NCBI GenBank assembly: GCA_963803335.1 | Contig: CAWDME010000022.1 | Location: 8,325-72,324, forward strand | Direction of reading: 5' to 3' | Source of the DNA: an uncultured Solirubrobacteraceae bacterium | GTDB lineage: Bacteria > Actinomycetota > Thermoleophilia > Solirubrobacterales > Solirubrobacteraceae | Length of the DNA: 64,000 nucleotides | Translations under genes and position numbers: made by a program | The notes under the pieces: model-generated | What the model saw: only the letters and a program-made list of their open reading frames with translations | Told to the model about the DNA's origin: nothing | The model's database searches: none | In this document: positions 54,597 to 61,123 of the stretch, piece by piece | How positions within the stretch are numbered: the first letter of the stretch is position 1 | Layout of the letters: the number at the start of each line of letters is the position of its first letter

Positions 54597-55298
54597 CTAC
54601 TTCGAGTCCAGTGCCGCTTTGCAATCGTCCGTGATGCCCGCGAGCTTGTCGCGCACGGCCGCCTCCTGATCCTGCGGGTTGTCGCCCTCGAACAGTCCGC
54701 CGAGAGCTGAGACGTAGGCCTTCGCGCAGTCGGCGGCCACCGCCGCCTTGGACTTCGTGGCCTCCGCCTCGGCCTTGGCCTGGTCCGCCTCGGCCTTCGC
54801 CTTGTCGGTCTCGTTGTCGGCCTCCTTGGCCTTCTGCTCGGCGGCTGCCGCGTCCTTCGCGGCGTTCTCCGCCTGCTTGTTGGCCGCGTCCAGATCCTCC
54901 TGGGTGGCAGCGAGGTCTTCCTGCGTGGCGCCGAGCTCGTTCGCCAGGTCGTCGTACACGGCCTTCATCCCCGCCAGCGTCCCTACGGCGAGCACAGCGT
55001 GGCCCCCGCTGCCGTCGTCTGCGGGCTGTGGCGCCGTGTCGAGCTTCTGCTTGGTGCTGGTGAGCTCCTCCTGCGTGCTGTCGAGCTCGTGCTGCGTCGT
55101 GGAGAGCTCCTTCTGCGCGCTGTCGCGGTCGGCCTTCACCGTGAGCCCCCAGATCAGCAGGCCGATCGCGACGAGCGCCAGCGCGAGGCTCACCCACAGC
55201 CACGCGCTACGGCGCTTCTCCGGCGTGACCTCGCCGGCGTCGGGAGTCGCCATTCGCGCATGCTCTTCGCCGTCGAGCGGTACCGCAATCGTGGGCAC
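54597..55298 (-). CDS. Membrane-anchored coiled-coil protein (hypothetical)
   Basis: One TM (AWLWVSLALALVAIGLLIWGL), then low-complexity heptad-like repeats (KELSTTQHELDSTQEELTSTKQKLD; TQEDLAATQEDLDAANKQAENAAKDAAAAEQKAKEADNETDKAKAEADQAKAEAEATK). The start may be the internal ATG at 55253. Confidence 0.65.
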   Translation of the reverse strand: MPTIAVPLDGEEHARMATPDAGEVTPEKRRSAWLWVSLALALVAIGLLIWGLTVKADRDSAQKELSTTQHELDSTQEELTSTKQKLDTAPQPADDGSGGHAVLAVGTLAGMKAVYDDLANELGATQEDLAATQEDLDAANKQAENAAKDAAAAEQKAKEADNETDKAKAEADQAKAEAEATKSKAAVAADCAKAYVSALGGLFEGDNPQDQEAAVRDKLAGITDDCKAALDSK

Positions 55299-55326
55299 GC
55301 GCTGGCCGATGTGGTGTGCGCACGTC

Positions 55327-56412
55327 TCAGCGCGGGGCCGCGACGATCGCGTCGCGCAGCCGCTGCAGCGCGGCCTCGCGGGCGCCGGCCAGCGCCGGCT
55401 CGTGGTCCACGGTGGCGGCCTCGACCGGGACGTGGCGCGGCGCGCGCGCGAACTCGTCCGCGATCGCCTCGAGCACGGCCGGATGGCGACCCCACGGGCC
55501 GCCGACGAGCACCACCTCGGGGTCGGCCAGCGCCACCGCCGCCGAGAGCAGGCCGCAGACCGCCCGCGCCAGCACCTCCGTCGTGCCGGCGTCGGCGGCG
55601 CGCAGCAGCGCGGGCACGTCGATCGCCGTTGAGCCGGGACGGCGCAGGCCGAGCGCGTGGAAGACGTCGGTGAGCCGCATCGCCACGCCGCCCGGGCCGA
55701 CGGTCGGCACGTGCGCGATCTCCCCGGCCAGCCCGGCGTGGCCGCGGCGCACCTCTCCGTCGCTCACGACCGCGGCGCCGACGCCCTCTCCCAGGAACAC
55801 GTAGACGAAGTCCCGCCGGCCGTGCTCGGCGCGGGCGGCCCAGTTGACGTCGTTGTCGACGGTGACCGGCCCGTCCACGAGGTCCGCAAGCACGGTGGGC
55901 GCGTCCAGCGCGCCGACGAGGAACGGGGCGTCGGGCAGCTCGACGAGCTGCCCGGTCTCACGGTCCACGGGGTCGGCCGCGCTCACGACGGCGAGCCGCA
56001 CCGGGCCGTCGGCGACCTCCCGCGCGACGCGCTTCAGCGTGCGGCCCACGTGCTCGGCTCCGGGTGCGCGGCTGACCTCGGCGCTCGCGCGCGCGACGAC
56101 GTCGCCGTAGACGTCGACCGCCTCGGCCACGAGCCCCTCCGGGGCGATGCTCGCGACCAGCGCGCAGCCGGTCGTCGCGGGCAGTCCGTAGTAGGTGCCG
56201 ATCCGGCCTCGCCCCGTGGTCCGCTCGCCGGTGTCGATCACGGCGCCGGCGTCGCTCAAGCGCCGGACGCTCTCCGAGACCGTGGGCTTCGACAGGCCGG
56301 TCGCGATCGCGAGCTCGGCCCGCGTGGCGCGGCGCTGCGTCATCAGCGCCCGCAGCACGTGCTCGTCCGACAGCGACCGCAGCAGCTCGAGGGACGGCTT
56401 GGTCGGGGCCAC
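55327..56412 (-). CDS. ROK family regulator (third copy; lacks the CxCGxxGC zinc motif)
   Basis: wHTH RRATRAELAIATGLSKPTVSESVRRLSDAGAV. ROK core VDNDVNWAARAE..GEGVGAAVVSDG..GLAGEIAHV. No Cys pair follows. Confidence 0.8.
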   Translation of the reverse strand: MAPTKPSLELLRSLSDEHVLRALMTQRRATRAELAIATGLSKPTVSESVRRLSDAGAVIDTGERTTGRGRIGTYYGLPATTGCALVASIAPEGLVAEAVDVYGDVVARASAEVSRAPGAEHVGRTLKRVAREVADGPVRLAVVSAADPVDRETGQLVELPDAPFLVGALDAPTVLADLVDGPVTVDNDVNWAARAEHGRRDFVYVFLGEGVGAAVVSDGEVRRGHAGLAGEIAHVPTVGPGGVAMRLTDVFHALGLRRPGSTAIDVPALLRAADAGTTEVLARAVCGLLSAAVALADPEVVLVGGPWGRHPAVLEAIADEFARAPRHVPVEAATVDHEPALAGAREAALQRLRDAIVAAPR

Positions 56413-56504
56413 GAGCGGAAGTCTAGTCAGGACTCTTGTCTAGAAGTGCGAGTCGTGCTAGCTTTGCGCGTTCAGTAAGGAGTCCTTCTTATGGGAGAGA
56501 GGCG

Positions 56505-57779
56505 ATGACGACCATCCAGGCGCTGCCGCACTGGGAGACCGCGCCGGCCGACTTCAAGGCCGCGATCCGCGAGACGAAGGCGGCGATCCGGGCGCGGATC
56601 GAGGCCTCCGGGCGCTCAGTCGAGGAGGTCTTCGCCGCCGTCGAGGCGCGGGTGGCCGAGCGCGTGGCCGAGATCGAGGCCGCGAAGCGGCGCGGCGAGC
56701 CGGTCTGGCCCGTCGTCGACTACGCCGACATCGAGGCCGGCACGGTCCCGGCGGAGGTCGTCGCGCGCCTGCACCGGCGCGGCTGCATCGTCGTCCGCGG
56801 GCACTTCGAGCGCGAGCAGGCGCTCGCGTGGGACCAGGGCATCGTCGACTACGTCGAGCGCAACCGGTTCTTCGAGACCTACCGCGGACCGGGCGACGAC
56901 TTCTTCGGCAGCGTCGGCTCGCGGCCGGAGATCTATCCGGTCTACTGGTCGCCCCCGCAGATGGAGGCCCGCCAGAGCGACCGCATGGCCGCGGTCCAGT
57001 CGTTCCTCAACCACCAGTGGACCTATGAGTCCGACGGCGTGCAGTGGTTCGACCCCGACCGCGACTCGCTCTACCCGGATCGCATCCGCCGGCGGCCGCC
57101 CGGGGCGAGCTCCGGCGGCCTCGGCTCGCACGTCGACGTCGGCACGCTCGATCTGTGGATGACGAGCGCCTACCAGCAGGCGTTCCGGCATCTGTTCGAC
57201 GGGTCGGTCGAGCAGTACGACCCGTGGGACGCGGCGCACCGGACGGCCGGCCCGCAGTACCCGAGCTCGACCATGTGCTCGGCCTTCCGCACCTTCCAGG
57301 GCTGGACCGCGCTGTCGGACATGGCGCACGACCAGGGCGTGCTCTTCACGATCCCGATCCCCGAGGCGATGGCCTACATGATGCTGCGCCCGCTGCTCCC
57401 CGACGTTGCCGAGGACGACATGTGCGGCGTCACCGTCGGCCAGGTCTTCCCGGTCAACGAGCGCTGGCACCCGCTGCTCGTGCGCGCGTTCGCCGGCATC
57501 CCGGACATCCAGGCCGGCGACTCGGTGTGGTGGCACGCCGACGTGGTCCACGGCGTCGCCCCGGTCGAGGACCAGCAGGGCTGGGGCAACGTCATGTACA
57601 TCCCCGCCGCGCCCTGGTGCCCGCGCAGCGAGGCCTACGCGCCCGGCGTCCGCGCGGCGTTCCTGGCCGGCGACAGCCCGAGCGACTTCCCCGAGGAGCA
57701 CTACGAGCGCGAGTGGCCCGACCGCTTCTCTGCGGATCAGCTCAACGAGACCGGGCGCCGCGGCCTCGGGATGACCTAA
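56505..57779 (+). CDS. DUF1479-like (YbiU family, putative Fe/2OG-oxygenase-like) protein
   Basis: ATG 56505 preceded by GGGAGAGAGG. 424 aa. Blocks IVVRGHFEREQALAWD, EIYPVYWSPPQMEARQ, GGLGSHVDVGTLDLWM and SVWWHADVVHGV match my recollection of DUF1479 proteins (not searched). Confidence 0.55.
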   Translation: MTTIQALPHWETAPADFKAAIRETKAAIRARIEASGRSVEEVFAAVEARVAERVAEIEAAKRRGEPVWPVVDYADIEAGTVPAEVVARLHRRGCIVVRGHFEREQALAWDQGIVDYVERNRFFETYRGPGDDFFGSVGSRPEIYPVYWSPPQMEARQSDRMAAVQSFLNHQWTYESDGVQWFDPDRDSLYPDRIRRRPPGASSGGLGSHVDVGTLDLWMTSAYQQAFRHLFDGSVEQYDPWDAAHRTAGPQYPSSTMCSAFRTFQGWTALSDMAHDQGVLFTIPIPEAMAYMMLRPLLPDVAEDDMCGVTVGQVFPVNERWHPLLVRAFAGIPDIQAGDSVWWHADVVHGVAPVEDQQGWGNVMYIPAAPWCPRSEAYAPGVRAAFLAGDSPSDFPEEHYEREWPDRFSADQLNETGRRGLGMT

Positions 57780-58291
57780 CCGCGGCTCATCTCATCGATG
57801 CACACCGTCGCGGCCAGGATGAGCGCGTCGTTCTCTCCTGGCGCGACCTCGATGCCGTAGGTGTCGCGCACGCGGAACCAGCGCTTGGAGATCTCGGCGA
57901 TCTTCTTGCCGTCGCGCTCGATCTCGTACTCGTGATCGACGATGTTGCCCTTGGCGCTGAGGTCCTCGCCGCGCTCGACGTCGATCGCGAAGCGTTCGCG
58001 GAGCGGGGTGATCATCGCTTTGTGGACCGTTGCGACGGTCTCTCCGTCGCGCTCGATCTTCATCTTGTCGCGGATGCTCAGCTTCTTCTCCTGAATCTTC
58101 AACAGCTCGTCGCCCGATGGACTCTCGATCACGAATGTCTTCCGGATGCGGAGCGCCTTTCCGTTGACCTTGAAGGCGCGGTCGCCGTCGCCGGTCTCGA
58201 TCCAGAAGTCGTCGCCGATCGAGAAGAGCCTCTCGCGCATCTGATAGCGGGTGCCCCCGAGGTCGTGCTCACGCCTGCGAAGCAGGGCCAT
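57776..58291 (-). CDS. LURP-one-related / DUF567 (tubby C-terminal-like) protein
   Basis: ATG 58291. RYQMRERLFSIGDDFWIETGDGDRAFKVNGKALRIRKTFVIESPSGDELLKIQEKKLSIRDKMKIERDG..FAIDVERGEDLSAKGNIVDHEYEIERDGKKIAEISKRWF follows the DUF567 repeat-strand pattern. Confidence 0.72.
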   Translation of the reverse strand: MALLRRREHDLGGTRYQMRERLFSIGDDFWIETGDGDRAFKVNGKALRIRKTFVIESPSGDELLKIQEKKLSIRDKMKIERDGETVATVHKAMITPLRERFAIDVERGEDLSAKGNIVDHEYEIERDGKKIAEISKRWFRVRDTYGIEVAPGENDALILAATVCIDEMSRG

Positions 58292-58432
58292 CGCGTGCTC
58301 CTTTCGCGGTTCTCGCGCGACTATCGCCGGATCGGCCGCGGGCGCCAATGGTGCTCACACCCCGGTCGTATGACTTCGCTGCGCGCGGACGCTGAACGGG
58401 GGAGGGACGCCACACCCAACAGGAGGTCGACC

Positions 58433-59134
58433 ATGACCAGCACCCCGTTCGCCGGACGTCGCTCGACGCTGGCACTGGCCGCGCTCATCGCCGTCGCCGC
58501 GGCGACGCTCGTTCTCGCCGTCTCCGGCGCTCGCGACAGCCAGGCCGAGGGCGGTCACGGCCACACGATGGCCGCTGCGACGGCGAAGCTGAACCACAAG
58601 CAGCTCGCCTTTCACGACGCGATGCGCAAGCTGTGGGAGGACCACGTCACGTGGACCCGCCTGGCGATCGTGAGCTTCGCCGCCGACCTGCCGGACCTCT
58701 CGGCGACCGAGACCCGCCTGCTGCGCAACCAGACCGACATCGGCAACGCCGTCAAGCCCTACTACGGCCGCAAGGCGGGCAACCAGCTCACCGCGCTGCT
58801 CAAGCAGCACATCCTCGGCGCCGTCGCGCTCCTCCAGGCCGCGAAGGCCGGCGACCAGGCGCTCATCAAGCAGCGCAGCGACGAGTGGTACGCGAACGCG
58901 AAGCAGATCGCCGACTTCCTGCACAAGGCGAACCCGCACAACTGGCCGCGGGCCGACCTGCGCGCGATGATGAAGACCCACCTCGACCAGACGCTCGACG
59001 AGGCCACCCACCGCCTCACGGGGAACTTCACGGCCGACATCCGCGACTACGAGCGCATCCACCGCCACATCCTCGAGATGGCGGACACGCTCAGCGCGGG
59101 GATCATGGCCCAGTTCCCGGACCGCTTCCGGTAG
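58433..59134 (+). CDS. Secreted helical protein (hypothetical)
   Basis: AGGAGG lies 7 nt before ATG 58433. Signal/TM RRSTLALAALIAVAAATLVLAVSGA. The mature part is all-helical and His/Trp-rich (LAFHDAMRKLWEDHVTWTRL..LLKQHILGAV..EWYANAKQIADFL..HLDQTLDEATHRL..YERIHRHILEM). Confidence 0.62.
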   Translation: MTSTPFAGRRSTLALAALIAVAAATLVLAVSGARDSQAEGGHGHTMAAATAKLNHKQLAFHDAMRKLWEDHVTWTRLAIVSFAADLPDLSATETRLLRNQTDIGNAVKPYYGRKAGNQLTALLKQHILGAVALLQAAKAGDQALIKQRSDEWYANAKQIADFLHKANPHNWPRADLRAMMKTHLDQTLDEATHRLTGNFTADIRDYERIHRHILEMADTLSAGIMAQFPDRFR

Positions 59135-59183
59135 GTGTCGATAAGCGGGGCGTCCGGCGCCGGCTGCTAGACCTCGGGGCCTG

Positions 59184-60305
59184 ATGAGCGAGCCGGCGCC
59201 GTTTGAAGTTACGTACATCGAGCTCCCGATGGCGCCGGCAGAGCCGCTCCCGGAGGAGTTCTCCTCGTCGCGGCTCAAGCGCTCGCTGCTCGTGCTGGGC
59301 GCCATCGTCCTCGTGGTCGTGGCCACGATCGTGCTGGTGCCGGGCCTGGGCTCGCTGCGTGACCGGTTCGCCGGCGCCCAGCCCGGCTGGCTCGCACTCG
59401 CGGCGGTCCTCCAACTCGGGTCGTGCGCGTCCTACGTGCTGGTGTTCCGGGCGGTGTTCTGCCGGCGGATGAGCTGGCGGACGAGCACCGAGATCGGGCT
59501 GTCCGAGCTGGCCGCGAACTCCGTCTTCTCGATCGGCGGAGCCGGCGGCCTCGCCCTGGGGGCGTGGATCCTGCGGCGGGGTGGGCTCGCGACAGCATTC
59601 ATCGCCCGCCGGACGGTCGCGTTCTTCCTGCTGACGAGCCTGGCCAACGTTGGATTTCTCATCCTCGGCTCGCTGGCGCTCGCGTCGGGGCTGCTGAACG
59701 GCTCGCCGGGCTTCGTGCTCGCCGTCGTCCCGGCCATCGTCGGCGTGCTGGCGATCGCACTTGCTGTAGCCGCGCGCCGGGTGGCGGGCACGCTGGCCGA
59801 ACGCTCCGTCCGCGCGCGGATCACCGCAGCGGCGGAGGCGGTCGGTGCGGGCGTCGACGAGGCGCTGAGCCTGCTGCGGAGCAAGGATCTCGCGCTCGTG
59901 ATCGGGGCCGCCGGCTATCTGCTCTTCGACGTCGCGATGCTCGGCGTCTGCTTCCCGGCGTTCGGGAACGACATCCCACCCGTCGGCGTGCTCCTGGTGG
60001 CGTACATCGTCGGCCAGCTCGGGGGCCTGATCCCGATCCCGGGTGGGATCGGCGGCATCGACGCCGGCCTGATCGGCACGCTCGTGCTTTACGGCGTCGA
60101 TGCCACCGACGCGGCTGTCGCGGTGATCGCCTATCGCGGCCTGCTGCTCGCCATCCCCGCACTCCTCGGCCTGCCCGCGCTCGCCGTCCTGCGTCGCCGT
60201 CTTCAGCGTGAGGAGCACGACATCGCGGCCTGCGCGCCCGGCGGCTCGGTCGAGGTGCTCGGCCGCGGGCTCGTGCAGCGGCCCGAGCCTGCCGCCACGT
60301 CATAG
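59184..60305 (+). CDS. UPF0104 / lysylphosphatidylglycerol-synthase-TM-region-like (flippase-like) membrane protein
   Basis: About 8 TM stretches. IVGQLGGLIPIPGGIGGIDAGLIGTLVLYGVD..AVIAYRGLLLAIP is characteristic of the family. Confidence 0.7.
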   Translation: MSEPAPFEVTYIELPMAPAEPLPEEFSSSRLKRSLLVLGAIVLVVVATIVLVPGLGSLRDRFAGAQPGWLALAAVLQLGSCASYVLVFRAVFCRRMSWRTSTEIGLSELAANSVFSIGGAGGLALGAWILRRGGLATAFIARRTVAFFLLTSLANVGFLILGSLALASGLLNGSPGFVLAVVPAIVGVLAIALAVAARRVAGTLAERSVRARITAAAEAVGAGVDEALSLLRSKDLALVIGAAGYLLFDVAMLGVCFPAFGNDIPPVGVLLVAYIVGQLGGLIPIPGGIGGIDAGLIGTLVLYGVDATDAAVAVIAYRGLLLAIPALLGLPALAVLRRRLQREEHDIAACAPGGSVEVLGRGLVQRPEPAATS

Positions 60306-60354
60306 CGGCAAGCCGCGCCCCTAACGCAGACTCGGTTGCCGCACACTAGGCCCG

Positions 60355-61065
60355 ATGATCGACCACGTGGACATCCGCGTCCGAGACCGTGACGCCTCCC
60401 TGCGCTTCTACGAGACCGTCCTCGCCGTGCTCGGGCGCACCGAGCACGTGGACGACGCCGAGTACATCGACTGGGGCGATTTCTCGATCGTCTCCGACGG
60501 GCAACCCGTCGCGAAGCACCTCCACATCGCCTTCTACGCGCCGTCGCACGAGCTCGTCGACGCGTTCCACCGCGCCGGCGTCGAGGCCGGCTACACCGAC
60601 GACGGCGCGCCGGGCCCGCGGCCGCAGTACCGCGAGGACTACTACGGCGCGTTCCTGCGCGACCCGGACGGCAACAGCGTCGAAGCGGTGTACACGGGCG
60701 AGCAGCGCAAGACCGGTGCGATCGACCACCTGTGGCTGCGCACGCGTGACGTCGCGGCCATCAGGCGCTTCTACGTGGCGACGGGCCACGAGATCGGCGT
60801 CGACGAGCCCGACCACGTCCAGATCGTCACCGCCAACGGCTCGATCTCGTACGTCGCCGGCGAGCCGGTGACCGAGCACGTCCACATCGCGTTCGGCGTC
60901 GACACGAACGAGGCGGTCGACGCCTTCCACCGAGCCGCGATCGAGGCGGGTTACACGGACAACGGCGCGCCCGGTGAGCGCGCCGCCTACCACCCCGGCT
61001 ACTACGGGGCGTTCGTCCTCGATCCTGACGGCCACAACATCGAGGCCGTCAACCACAACCGTTAA
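60355..61065 (+). CDS. Two-domain VOC/glyoxalase family protein
   Basis: MIDHVDIRVRDRDASLRFYETVL..HIAFYAPS..GAFLRDPDGNSVEAV is repeated as IDHLWLRTRDVAAIRRFY..HIAFGVDT..GAFVLDPDGHNIEAV. Confidence 0.85.
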   Translation: MIDHVDIRVRDRDASLRFYETVLAVLGRTEHVDDAEYIDWGDFSIVSDGQPVAKHLHIAFYAPSHELVDAFHRAGVEAGYTDDGAPGPRPQYREDYYGAFLRDPDGNSVEAVYTGEQRKTGAIDHLWLRTRDVAAIRRFYVATGHEIGVDEPDHVQIVTANGSISYVAGEPVTEHVHIAFGVDTNEAVDAFHRAAIEAGYTDNGAPGERAAYHPGYYGAFVLDPDGHNIEAVNHNR

Positions 61066-61070
61066 CGACC

Positions 61071-61094
61071 GAGGCCCGCCGTTCGGCGGGCCTC
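61071..61094. terminator. Perfect 10-bp hairpin between convergent genes (bidirectional terminator candidate)
   Basis: GAGGCCCGCC-GTTC-GGCGGGCCTC, 6 nt after the VOC stop and 30 nt after the nrdJ stop. Confidence 0.65.
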
Positions 61095-61123
61095 GCAGAC
61101 TCGGTCGGGATGGCGACGGAAGA

